DNA of 25,653 nucleotides, from positions 1 through 25,653 of the forward strand of contig JADGIF010000057.1 in NCBI GenBank assembly GCA_018985225.1, in the 5' to 3' direction. The translations under genes and the position numbers were made by a program. Below the pieces are notes generated by a model. It saw only the letters and a program-made list of their open reading frames with translations. It was not told where the DNA came from and searched no databases. Positions 1-10,197 of this stretch are shown piece after piece; positions within the stretch are counted from its first letter, which is position 1, and the number at the start of each line of letters is the position of its first letter. This DNA is from Amoeboradix gromovi X-113. Lineage: Eukaryota; Fungi; Sanchytriomycota.

Positions 1-321
1 CAGGTACTTCAAAATAATGTAGGCAAGAACATGCTCAAATGGTATCTCCCCAAGTTGTCTACACTTGAGAAGTGTGGGGTTTGAATTCTTCACATTTAAC
101 GTAGGCGCATCTGAAAATGTCATACACTGATTGTTACATCGCTGTAAAAGTTATTTATAAAAAATAGATATAGCAGTTATTTTTAGTTTTTCGATGCTCT
201 TGATTTCAAAAGTGTTGTTGTATTTGGGGACTGCAACCCACTTTAGCCAAATTAGAGACTCCTGCTCATTTAGTTAGAAATTATATAATAAATCAGTTAC
301 ATTTATTGCTGTTTTAATTTG

Positions 322-1567
322 CTAAGCATAATATTGCAAAGTTTGTTTCTTTTTAGCCTGAACCTCTTGAATAGCTGTATTAATATTTAAAGTTACCGTC
401 CATAAAATCTTCATGACCTACATCATTTCCGTTTCTTCGTAAAGCAATCATTCCAGCCTCTACACAAATAGCTTTACATTGTGCGCCGTTGAAATCTTCG
501 CAACATCTAGCTAATTCCTCAAAATTAACCTTGTTGATGGTCATCTTGCGAGAATGAATCTGCATGATTCTTGCTCTAGCTTCCTCATTTGGATGCGGAA
601 ATTCAATTTTACGATCCAGCCTACCAGATCTCAATAATGCTGGATCTAAGGTATCTACTCTATTGGTTGCGGCTATCACTTTAATGCGATCATCAGAACT
701 GAATCCATCTAATTGATTTAATAATTCCAGCATTGTACGTTGGACTTCTCTATCCCCGCTCTTCTCGCTATCGAATCTTTTAGTACCTATAGCGTCTATC
801 TCATCGATAAATATAATGGTGGGAGCCTTTTCCTTCGCTAAAGCAAATGCGTCTCTTACCAACTTTGCACCATCTCCAATAAACATCTGAACTAATTGAG
901 GACCAGCCAGCTTAAGAAACGTTGCATTTGTTTGGGCTGCACATGCACGAGCTAAAAGGGTTTTACCTGTACCAGGAGGTCCATACATTAAGCATCCTTT
1001 TGGTGGTTTAATTCCAATAGTTTTGAATTTATCAGCATGGGTCATTGGTAGTACCACTGCTTCTACTAGTTCTTCAATTTGTTTATCCAGGCCACCAATG
1101 TCAGAATAGTCTTCCGTGGGTTTCTCATCCACTTCCATAGCTTTAACTCGAGCGTCGTATTCGGCAGGTAATTTATCAAGGATCAAATAAGAATCTTTGT
1201 TGAGTCCAACAAGATCACTAGGAGTCAGTTCTTTTTGAGGAACAAGGCCGATCATTGGTAAAAAGATTGTTTGTCGAGTACTTGTCTTGACAACAGCAGC
1301 ATGTTCACGAGTAGCGTCAATATCCATTTGAGCATCCTCATCTTCTTCGTTTTTCAGTTCCAATAATTCAATGACATTACCAACTAGATATGGAAGTTGT
1401 TTGTTACGAGCAATTTTCTCATTGTTGTCTTTCTCTTGTGCCAACATTTGGGATTGCTCATGCTGAAGTCTTTGAAATTCAGACTTTAATACCTTTATTT
1501 CGTTTTCAATTAAACGAGTACGATCCATTATTTCGTCTGATGTAAAGTTGCTAAGTTCGTCAAGCAT
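322..1567 (-). CDS. RPT5: 26S proteasome AAA-ATPase Rpt5/PSMC3; two exons (1567-397, 374-322)
   Basis: Walker A GPPGTGKT, Walker [33 protein letters not shown] and [17 protein letters not shown]. Removing a 22-nt intron restores the canonical C-terminus [21 protein letters not shown] with the HbYX (YYA) motif. Confidence 0.97.
375..396 (-). other. 22-nt spliceosomal intron (GTAACTTTAAATATTAATACAG)
   Basis: GT..AG ends and an internal in-frame TAA. Removal restores the conserved Rpt5 C-terminal tail. Confidence 0.93.
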
Positions 1568-1825
1568 GTTTGAAAAACTAAAAGTGTAAAAATTATTAGA
1601 TCGGTTATTGCCTATGTATATTATTGTGCTATGACTTTATAAATGTCTAATACTAATGTAGGAAATAGTAACCGAAAATAATGATATCTAAATTACTGGC
1701 TCAAGAATATACTTGTCAGATTGGACTGATTGTTCAATAAGATTATCCATAAAGCTTACTGTTAATGTGTAGGGCACTCCTTCCGATATTCTTATATTTT
1801 AAGTTCTATCCTCAAACCCCCTGCA

Positions 1826-2218
1826 ATGTTGAAGCGTTTGTCAAGATTCGCTAGCCATGGTGAGCCTGTACCAAGTATATCAGAGCATATAGAGAGAGTG
1901 GAAAAGCAACTCGTAGAAGCCCAGAAAGAATGGAATAAAGGTGAAAGAATTAATCAGAATCACGCTGGAATAATTTTAGGCGGAATAGCTTTTGTTTATG
2001 TCGTGAGCGAGGCCAAGAAGAACAAGGAAAACTTTGTATCCAGATATATTGCACACAAAATGACTAGCGATGTAACAAACGACACAAACCAGATGAACAG
2101 AATTATATCGCAGCAATCGCTATCAGAAAGTAGACTGCTATTATCTCAAGAGCCCATGTCCAGGTTTTCTGTTGCTGATCCCTACTTGGATGAGCGTGGT
2201 TCCCCATTTAATATTTGA
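1826..2218 (+). CDS. Small mitochondrial single-TM protein, probable fungal complex I accessory (17.8-kDa-type) subunit
   Basis: Short Arg-rich presequence ending ASH, one TM segment (GIILGGIAFVYVV), and a C-terminal P..ERGSPFNI motif resembling fungal 17.8-kDa subunits. AATAAA follows just after the stop. Confidence 0.5.
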   Translation: MLKRLSRFASHGEPVPSISEHIERVEKQLVEAQKEWNKGERINQNHAGIILGGIAFVYVVSEAKKNKENFVSRYIAHKMTSDVTNDTNQMNRIISQQSLSESRLLLSQEPMSRFSVADPYLDERGSPFNI

Positions 2219-2239
2219 TTATAATAAATGACTATAATT

Positions 2240-2790
2240 ATAGTGTTATGCATTCTACGGCATCTGACCTAACTATAACACTGCCGCCTAACTTCTGTTT
2301 CTCCATTGTAAGTATTTTGTGTTATTACTTTTCTGTTTCCACCAGTGTACGTTGCAGTGTAAAGGGTAGACTGAGAGTGAAAGTGGATGACAAAATCAAG
2401 AGTCACTGTCTACTAGATGGCCGAACCCCGCCAAAATGTGTTCAAAACTACGATACACAAGTCTCGCAAAACAAGGCAGTGCGACAAAAACTATCTTTAG
2501 GACCAGAAAACGCGGCAAGGTAAGAGCGGTGCAAGAGAAGTTGCTCCGGGAAGGGTACCGGCTCTTAATATGAACTACAATGACAAAGAAGGAATGCATT
2601 AGAAGGCAATTTACTCAGAAGACGGGAGCTGTAGGTACAGCAGAAAAGCCAATGCAGTATTCCGGGCAATCAGAGGGTTTATGCTTTGCTAAAGAGACTG
2701 GCTTTGCAATTTTCAGAGTCAAAACGGACCAAGAGAAATTGATAAGAAAAGAACTTTCTGCAGCGCAAGCGGTAACATAGCGATATTTTT
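2240..2790. ncRNA. Candidate long structured non-coding RNA, identity unknown
   Basis: No credible ORF, visibly GC-richer than neighbouring spacers, and several stems (2521-2567, 2366-2413, 2591-2663, 2464-2484) with A-rich linkers on the + strand. Confidence 0.35.
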
Positions 2791-2869
2791 ACTTAACTTA
2801 TTCTACCTTTTTGAGACATTTGTTTTAAAAAGTTAGTCTTGTTTTTGCAAGTGCGTCCCAAGTGTAACA

Positions 2870-4982
2870 ATGGGGACCCGCGGTTTAGATTATTTCCTAT
2901 CTCGAGCAGAATTAGTTAAGAAAGATGCAGTTACTGACTTGAAAGGCATTAGACTAGGAATTGATGGTACTTATTGGCTTCGCCGTTTACTCAATTTAAA
3001 AGATCCATTTCATACTTGCCTCGGTAAAGTTATACCCGGTCAACTACTATCCAACGTCCAGCGTGATTTATCGTTCTATGAATCCCTCGCTATACAGCCT
3101 ATCTTTGTATTCCCTTCTTTACCGGTTTTAAGAACTGAGCTCTCTTATACCTTTACTGATGACGCCACTAACATGCGTAACCAAGGCTGGGAGCAGTACT
3201 TGACTGGTGAAACTAGTGCTGCCCAATATTCTTTTGAATCTTCTAAATCTTTTTCTCTTCCTGAATTGGCCTCTTTTGTTATTCAGTATTTAATTACCAA
3301 TAACATCGTTGTTGTTCGTGCTCCTTATGCTGCTATTCCTCAGCTCATATACTTTAAGCAGTCTAATATTGTTCACGCTGTTTTGGCTGGAAGTGAAATC
3401 ATATGCTATAACATTGATAAATGGATTACATACATCTCTCACACTCAGTTTAGCTGGATTTATCGACCAGAAGTGTTAGCTAAAATGAATTTAACCAGTG
3501 AACAGCTATTGGACACTTGCTTGCTATGCGGTATAGACTCACCCACTTTTCCACCTATTATCCCAGACAGAGATCAAACTCATTATAATGTGTTTGAAAA
3601 TGCTATTCATCAGATTCAAACAAGTGGTAATGGATACACGGCAATCTCTATGGCCATTCAATCTTCTAGACAGAATTTGCATTCATATCTGGCACATTAT
3701 ATCCGTTGTTATGCTTTTTGGTATTTTAACCCAGTTTACACAAAACAAGGTTTAAAGCCGATTAATGAAATAACAGCCAAGGCCAGTGATGTTGCTGTTC
3801 ATCCTCTCCCCAAGAATGCTCACTTAATATTTGGCTTCAAACTACAAAATCATTTACTGCATGCCCTGTGTTATTCGCTGTTAAATCCTCACCTGCTATT
3901 TCAACTATCTAGTGGTATCGTATTGGAAGCACCTCCGCTATGTAATGGCAATTTAGAGTATAAGGAGTTTCTTACTTTATTCCATATAAACCGTGGCTTT
4001 ACCTTTGATATACTTAAGCAGTACATGAGCACTAATCATCCTAGCAACCTATACTTTTGGTACGACCCAAAGAGTCCCTACTCAATTAAAGCACAGGACA
4101 CTTCATTTAAACATCCAATGCTTAACACTCTAACTAGTGTTAATGTTCTAAAATCTGTAAGTACCAGTTTGAAGTTCAAAAACCAGGACATCAACATATC
4201 TATACTGTTTAAGCCTAAATCTCATTCTGCAGTTAAACCCACACCCAGCGATGTGATAAACAATGCTCAATTGCGTTTATTGATTGTTCTCGGCTACATA
4301 AACATAGATGGCGAAAGCAACACATCTTTGGGGCAATGTTTAGCAACTAGACTTGAAAATTCATCCAAGGATGTAAATGCAGAGGGGTTGTTGATAGTTA
4401 TAGAATTGCTAAGGTTAGAGCAGCTGCATGGACATGATTATAATCAAGTATTTCCAGTCAAACCAAGTGATGATGTACGGCCATTTATACAATTAATTAC
4501 CAGGACATGTAGCATCATCAATTTGCATCACAGGGATGCTGTTTGGAACGGACCATTAAACAGAAACATACTGCAGTTTAACTCAATCCTCAAACTAATT
4601 GTAAAAGGAATAAAGCAATGGAATGAGGTGATTTTGCTGGACTACTTACAAAGAGAATGGAATACGCAGAAGAGTAAGCAGGGAATCTTCGGACTAACCA
4701 AAGTTGCTACACAGATGCTGTTCAATAGAGACGTAGATTGCACAATGGGTGTACTAATGACCTGTTATCTAACGAGCAAAGGAGGGTTTGAACAAATGTG
4801 TGATGTTCATGCAGAACTGAGCAGAGGCATACAATTCTGGTTCACTGTAATAATAGTTAACATAGGTCATATATATGATGGATGAACTTAAAAGTATTGG
4901 AATCATAACAAATGATTTATATGGCGAGTTTATGGAGGCAGACGCCTGGCTGAAGAATTATATAAATAACAACCCGTATTAA
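2870..4982 (+). CDS. MKT1: Mkt1 (XPG/FEN1-like PIN-domain post-transcriptional regulator); two exons (2870-4846, 4866-4982)
   Basis: N-terminal MG.RGL...LGIDGTYWL, plus VVRAPYAAIPQLIY, LLDTCLLCG and WNGPLNRNILQFNS are Mkt1-type motifs. Removing a 19-nt intron gives the C-terminus VIYMMDELKSIGIITNDLYGEFMEADAWLKNYINNNPY*. Confidence 0.85.
4847..4865 (+). other. 19-nt spliceosomal intron (GTAATAATAGTTAACATAG)
   Basis: GT..AG ends with the TTAA-NN-YAG 3' end. Removal opens a 38-aa terminal exon with an F..A..WL helix, followed by AATAAA. Confidence 0.85.
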
Positions 4983-5003
4983 ATGTAATGTAAATAAATT
5001 AGA

Positions 5004-6301
5004 TTATTTATTCCTTAAATTGAATTTGTAGAGCATGTTGCGTTTGTTTCCATTAATCTGAATATCGGAAGACTTAATTAAAGGATCTAAATATCTACCG
5101 TCCTGTTCGTGAATACCACAGCCAACAAACAGCTGGTTATTTGACAAGGACAAACAAGTAACATAACTGGGCTAAATTAAGAATAAAATACCATTTGAAT
5201 AGATTTTAGCATTGAAAAGGAATTTGAATCCAAGTCACATTTCCACATAATAACTTGATTGTGACTAGAGGAAACAACAACATCAGTGAATGGGATAGTA
5301 ACGACATGTGAGATTGGATTACTTACTGAAATATCTCCGCAAATAGTAGACATTATGTTTTGGGAATGTGCGTTATGCCTGGTGTGTATAGGTCTTTTCT
5401 TTTGAGAGTTAAACAGCAGCAATTGACCTGATAGAGTTCCAACAACAAAATGTCGTTGATTAATTACAGCAATACTTGAGCATGCATCAGAATCGTGAGG
5501 CACTCTGTATACCATTTGAGAGGAATTTGCAACATTAAAAACACGAGTAGTTTTGTCTCTATTGCCCACGGTGATTGGTTTGCCCTTTGTCAACAGTGCC
5601 ATCCCAGAAATAACATCTTGATGTCCGAATAAAGTATCCACATACCCAGAATCATTAACTTGATTTGCACCAGAGTATTTGATAGACCAGACCTTCAGGG
5701 AACGATCATTCGATACAGAATATAAAACCGAGCTATCCAAGTCGAATTCCAAAAAAGTAACTCGTTTACGATGCCCGTTCAGTGACTTCAGTAAACGCAA
5801 CACTTCTTCTGAGTCTATGTATTTCCTCTTTCCATTTACCGCATCTATCGAAAATGATTTAATTTCGTATAAACTGATAGTTTTATCACAGCCTACTACC
5901 AGAAATTTGTTGTTAGGTGATGTAGTTAGTGTAACACTCGAATCGAATGCCATTTTACACTTATATCCTACTCCATATATCCATAAGTCACCATTGTCGC
6001 ATCCCAAAAACGTCATTTCATCTGTACTTGCTATTGATGTTGGAATAGCATTTATTCTACTAAAATTTCCATCTTCAAATATATCATAGAATTCTGCTAA
6101 CTTCTCAAACTTTACTTCCTCGATCTCTTTTTGTAAGGTTTCTTCTACTTCCTCCTCCTCCATATTATTTTTTAGCTCTTCTATATACTCCTTTGCCATT
6201 TTTATCTTTTTCTGATGTGGGGTCATATCATCATATTCATAAATCGAAGAAGCGCTGTTTAAGTTTGATTCTTCATCCGATGACTCTATTCCTCTTTTCA
6301 T
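5004..6301 (-). CDS. RRP9: U3 snoRNP WD40 protein Rrp9/U3-55K; two exons (6301-5192, 5171-5004)
   Basis: MTPHQKKIKMAKEYIEEL, DRSLKVW, YVDTLFGHQDVI, RDKTTRVF and QKKRPI match the Rrp9 pattern. The spliced last exon (PSYVTCLSL..LFVGCGIHEQDGRY..) supplies the final WD blade. The start is taken at MKRG (6301); an upstream in-frame ATG lies at 6367. Confidence 0.85.
5172..5191 (-). other. 20-nt spliceosomal intron (GTATTTTATTCTTAATTTAG)
   Basis: GT..AG ends and an in-frame TAA. Removal opens a 55-aa exon resembling the Rrp9 C-terminus. Confidence 0.88.
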
Positions 6302-6648
6302 TCCTCCTTGCACCCTCCACTCTGCTCTTTGAATTTCGGGCACTTTACCAAAACTAGAGTAACACATTAAAATAAATGCTGCAAGTGAATCTGTTTATGA
6401 AGAAGTGTTCCACATTTAATACCTACGCTCTATGAGACAACTCGGTGATATTAATTCCACTTCATTACCTAACAGGTGATTCACCGTGCTGCATAGACTT
6501 AATACGAAGTAAATACCACTGCAACACTCATTTATTCCCTAGTCCTTGAATAAATCACAGAAATTGCACTGGCGTAACTTGGGTTACTACAACATTTACT
6601 TGCTTTATAAGCAATCTGCTTTTTTTGTGTAAATCTGTCACATGCTAA

Positions 6649-7904
6649 TTAAGAACTTAAGTTATTTACTGACAACTGCCACAATTCAACACTCTTTTCA
6701 CTAAATGCTATCTGTTCATCCACATAATTTGAAAATAACTCTGAGAAATCTAATAGTTTTACCGAATGAAAGAAGTCTATTTCCTTCATTATTAATCCAT
6801 TAAATTGCTCTACAGTATCTGTAGATTGCTGCAAAGCGTTTCTTAGCTAGATTAATTAGTTATTACCTGCTGAATTCTCTGCTCTAATTTCTCAATTCTT
6901 TCTTTTTTTTGTTTTTCCTGGTCTACTCCTTTTAACTCATCAAATTTATCTTTGATGTAGCCGCCGATTTGTATGCCACTTTTTAATTGTGGAAATAATG
7001 TCTCTTCTCTTGCTTGGATTGTTTGTTCCAAGTAGTTCTCCAGTTCTTCGGTGTCAAGCTGTTTTTGATCTCTCGTCTTAAGCGTCAATCTAACAGATTT
7101 ACAATATTCCACGTATTCATTAATGTTGCTCAATAAATCACCATCCTCAAAGTTGGCCAAGTCCTCCATCAATTTTGAGTACTCGTTGATTACAATTCCT
7201 GATTTAGTCCCGTACTCACATATTTCATTTGTATGCATGACGCCAATACTTGTCAAACAGTTTCCAAACTCTACTGTGTCATTGTATATGTCCCAGTACT
7301 TTCTGTTTATTCTAATATATATTCTGGATATTGAGGTCAACATGTCTTGAAGCCTTATTACACCTTCTAATATATCAATGAATTTGTCATCAGGGCGTCT
7401 TAATTTAGTAAAAGCGTTAAGTAACACATCAGATATAGCATCAACAGCTTTGGTACTCAAAACTTCAGTTGGTTGATTTTTGAGAAATGCTAAGAATTCA
7501 GGGCAGGTGCTCAAATATTCATGACGAGAGAGCCTGTCTAGGTATCTTTTGATGGCGCTCCTTCTTTTTTCAATAAACTGCATCGAGAAACGATCACCAC
7601 TGACATATTCATAAAATTCCTTGCTGGGCAAAGGTGGAAGTATCAAATGAGGATAAGCTTTAAATAGCAAGTCATGAAAAGCAACCAATTCTGAAAACCT
7701 AACTCTCCTAGTTAAAGTACCTTGGTCTGTAACTGCAGTCAAGGCGTAGCTAACAAATTGCTCATGTTTTTGTGGGTCCTCAACAGAAATAGCATACCTG
7801 GGAGATGGGTTTTTAAATGTTGATACCGTAGTAATTGTAGATTTAGGAACGAAGTCAGACGATTCAAAATGGCTAAGATATGGATTTGAATTCATACCAG
7901 ACAT
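6649..7904 (-). CDS. SNX4: PX-BAR sorting nexin Snx4/Atg24; two exons (7904-6867, 6846-6649)
   Basis: PX domain (RFSEL..FH..L...YPHLILPPLPSK; GDRFSMQFIEKRR) and BAR region (LKTRDQKQLDTEELENYL). The separate 6649-6834 ORF is the second exon. Confidence 0.9.
6847..6866 (-). other. 20-nt spliceosomal intron (GTAATAACTAATTAATCTAG)
   Basis: CAG|GT..AG ends and an in-frame TAA. Removal joins RIQQ to LRNALQQS in frame with the downstream ORF. Confidence 0.9.
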
Positions 7905-8044
7905 TGTTTTGGAAGTAAAAGACTAAAAACAAGGCATTCGTAAATGCACTGTAAGTTACTGCGCCATGTTTTAACAGATGTGCCATGAGGAAGAAACTCA
8001 ATTTTTACATGCTTTCAGTGTCTAACACAAAGAAGAGCTCCTCA

Positions 8045-8150
8045 TTAAAAGTCCTGATTTCCGAGAAAATCGGGAATTTCCACAGAGAAACTAGCATTAG
8101 TTTCACCGTTACAGTTATTGCTCACGCTTTCACTACCCTAGGGCGGGATT
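8045..8150 (-). ncRNA. Putative Fanzor omegaRNA scaffold / element right end
   Basis: Lies immediately 3' of the Fanzor-like stop and contains hairpins GAAACTA-atgc-TAGTTTC and TCC.GATTT-tctcgg-AAATC.GGA. The positional argument comes from known TnpB/Fanzor loci. Confidence 0.4.
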
Positions 8151-8505
8151 GAATAAGGATGCAGATACTTGATGTATACGTTCCTTGCTTCCATATGGTC
8201 TGTATCTATTTCCAAATGACAATTGGTACAGATGTAGCTTTGTAAGTTGGTTTTCTTTAGAGTACCACACCTTGTACATGTCTGACTAGTAAATGATTCA
8301 TTACAATCGAATATAGTCTTTCCTCTTTGTTTGCACTTGAACTTCAAGCATTCCTTGAATAAATTGTGCAGGTATCACTGTCTAGGCATTGAAAGACATC
8401 TAATTGTTCCATGTTTGGACCAGTTCCTCAGTCTGAGACGAATGTAAGCTGTACCTGTTAGTCATTTCTTAAGAATTGATTTACCATTTGCGAAAAGGAA
8501 GAATA
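8138..8505 (-). pseudogene. Fanzor2/TnpB (IS607-related) nuclease C-terminal remnant
   Basis: HNLFKECLKFKCKQRGKTIFDCNESFTSQTCTRCG..YICTNC..EIDTDHMEARNV matches the E.YTS.TC..CG zinc-ribbon and DRD.N.A.NI RuvC-III pattern. The upstream part has stops and a frameshift. Confidence 0.8.
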
Positions 8506-8766
8506 CCGAGTGTTTAAGTTATTAGAAAAGTCTTGAAATTATACAAAAATTCGCGATAAATGATTTATTCAAGAAAACAATCGAGCTGTCTGTACAGTTA
8601 TTGTTTCACAAAATTATGATTTTTTTGATGAATCTAGCGAGTCCACCAAAGACATCATGCAAAGCGAGCGAAATGCTATTTGGAATTTTTTAAATGCGAC
8701 TTTTGAAAGTCGCTATATTAGTTGCACCTTGAAATAAATACATTCCTATGAAGACACACTGCTTAT

Positions 8767-10197
8767 TTACTGGTCTAATAGTATTTTATTAATTTGTTCA
8801 ATACCGCTTTTTATAGTTGAAGGCAATGGAGGCAAAATTGGATAGCTATTATTACACACAGAATAGTTGACAAGATTTGTGTAGCATTCTACAAACCCTT
8901 GCAAATCTTTATTTTCTGGTAAATTTATTTTAATTTTGACTTGCTGAATTAATGGCGACTTGATATCGTCGTTTTCATCCACATCTACTATATCTTCCAC
9001 GACGTTGCTCTTACTATTTATAACATTCTCTTCTTGTACTTTATATTCATGTCCTGGGAAGACGGGTTTATGGGCAACATGGCCTGGTAAGTTCCTATTC
9101 ATGTATATGTCTTCGAAGCAGTCACAATCAGGTGTCACACAGTAGTGTTCAGCCTTTGTTAGAAGCCCAATATCCTCACTAAACTCTTCGTTTTCTTCAT
9201 TTTCCTTAAATCTAGGCTCAAAAGCACCCCAACTAAAATTGGGCATCAACGCATGCAAAGTAAGACCGCCTTCGACAGTAATTACAGCCAAGGTGGGATA
9301 GCAAGGGTGATAAACCAGTTTTTGTATTCCTACATTGTAAGAATTTAATGTTTTTAGTAGCCGGCAAGAGGAAGACTCAAAAATAGATATTTGGGACGCA
9401 TTAAACCTATCTCCAGATGCAATTATGTATTCACAATCATTGCTAAATGTACAACTAGTCCATTTGTACTTGTTTACTATGTCTTGAAATGTATGCAACT
9501 CATTTAAATCGTGATCCAACAATCTTAGAATACCATCAGAGGCATTCACCATGATGAACGACTTAGAGCACTCTATATCAGATACAAGAATGGTACCCTT
9601 TGTGCCTGATAGAGAATGATTTGATCCCTCAAGGGTGCTAATGTTAAAAATATTTAGGAGCCCTGAAGAATCGCCAAATATCAAAGAATTTCCATCGTAG
9701 GACCATGATATAACAACTGTAAAGTCGGGTTTTAATGCTGCTTCACATGACTTTTGTAAAGCGGGTATACTGAAAATGTTAAAACCACCACTTGTGGTAA
9801 TTAGAACGTAATCCGTAAAAGAATATTGAACAAGGAGCAGTGTGTGGTCAGTGGGGTTCTTCCGCAAGCTATATATAGGAGCATCAAATCTAAAAATACG
9901 GATTGGCAGAGAGACTTCTATGCACCATTCGATTATACAGAAATCAGTAGAGCTGCTCCATAAATTGCCGTGAATCCACTCAAGGCCGGTTACCTTGCCG
10001 AAATGATATACTAAATGGCGTGTGTCCATGATTTCCAATTCCCATAGACCAATTGGACCTTTTTCACTGCCTACGGCAAGTAGATTACCACTTGGATGAA
10101 AAGAAATTGTAGATACAGTACGAGTATAGTATTCAAATGTGGGTTGGGCAGGTAGGATTTCTTGGGCATTCACATTGAATTGAGCCTTTCTGTTCAT
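8767..10197 (-). CDS. SWD1: COMPASS/Set1C WD40 subunit Swd1/RBBP5
   Basis: WD40 propeller with FQDIVNKYKWTSCTFSNDCEYI, and WGAFEPRFKENEENEEF matching the RBBP5 W.AFAP.F.EL.EN motif. Confidence 0.88.
   Translation of the reverse strand: MNRKAQFNVNAQEILPAQPTFEYYTRTVSTISFHPSGNLLAVGSEKGPIGLWELEIMDTRHLVYHFGKVTGLEWIHGNLWSSSTDFCIIEWCIEVSLPIRIFRFDAPIYSLRKNPTDHTLLLVQYSFTDYVLITTSGGFNIFSIPALQKSCEAALKPDFTVVISWSYDGNSLIFGDSSGLLNIFNISTLEGSNHSLSGTKGTILVSDIECSKSFIMVNASDGILRLLDHDLNELHTFQDIVNKYKWTSCTFSNDCEYIIASGDRFNASQISIFESSSCRLLKTLNSYNVGIQKLVYHPCYPTLAVITVEGGLTLHALMPNFSWGAFEPRFKENEENEEFSEDIGLLTKAEHYCVTPDCDCFEDIYMNRNLPGHVAHKPVFPGHEYKVQEENVINSKSNVVEDIVDVDENDDIKSPLIQQVKIKINLPENKDLQGFVECYTNLVNYSVCNNSYPILPPLPSTIKSGIEQINKILLDQ

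Noticed and set aside
1-123. Possible edge-truncated CDS (minus frame MTFSDAPT..., or plus frame ending ..KCGV* at 84)
   Set aside because: Both strands have short open frames with no recognisable motif, so I cannot choose between them.
2215-2780. ORFs 2215-2523, 2396-2599 and 2580-2780
   Set aside because: Short, overlapping and motif-free; no intron of the local consensus joins them.
2300-2780. Resemblance to U1/U2/U4 snRNA, RNase P/MRP, SRP or group I intron words
   Set aside because: Only isolated short matches (e.g. ATACTTAC, GTATCGTAG, GGCAATCAG). The required partner motifs and pairings are missing.
380-6852. Stop-codon reassignment or readthrough as the explanation for truncated RPT5, MKT1, RRP9 and SNX4 ORFs
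   Set aside because: The continuations are in different frames and are joined exactly by GT-AG introns. TAA, TAG and TGA all terminate intact genes in this window.
8695-8712. Palindrome GCGACTTT-TG-AAAGTCGC as a Fanzor left end
   Set aside because: A single 8-bp inverted repeat with no counterpart at the second remnant; insufficient evidence.
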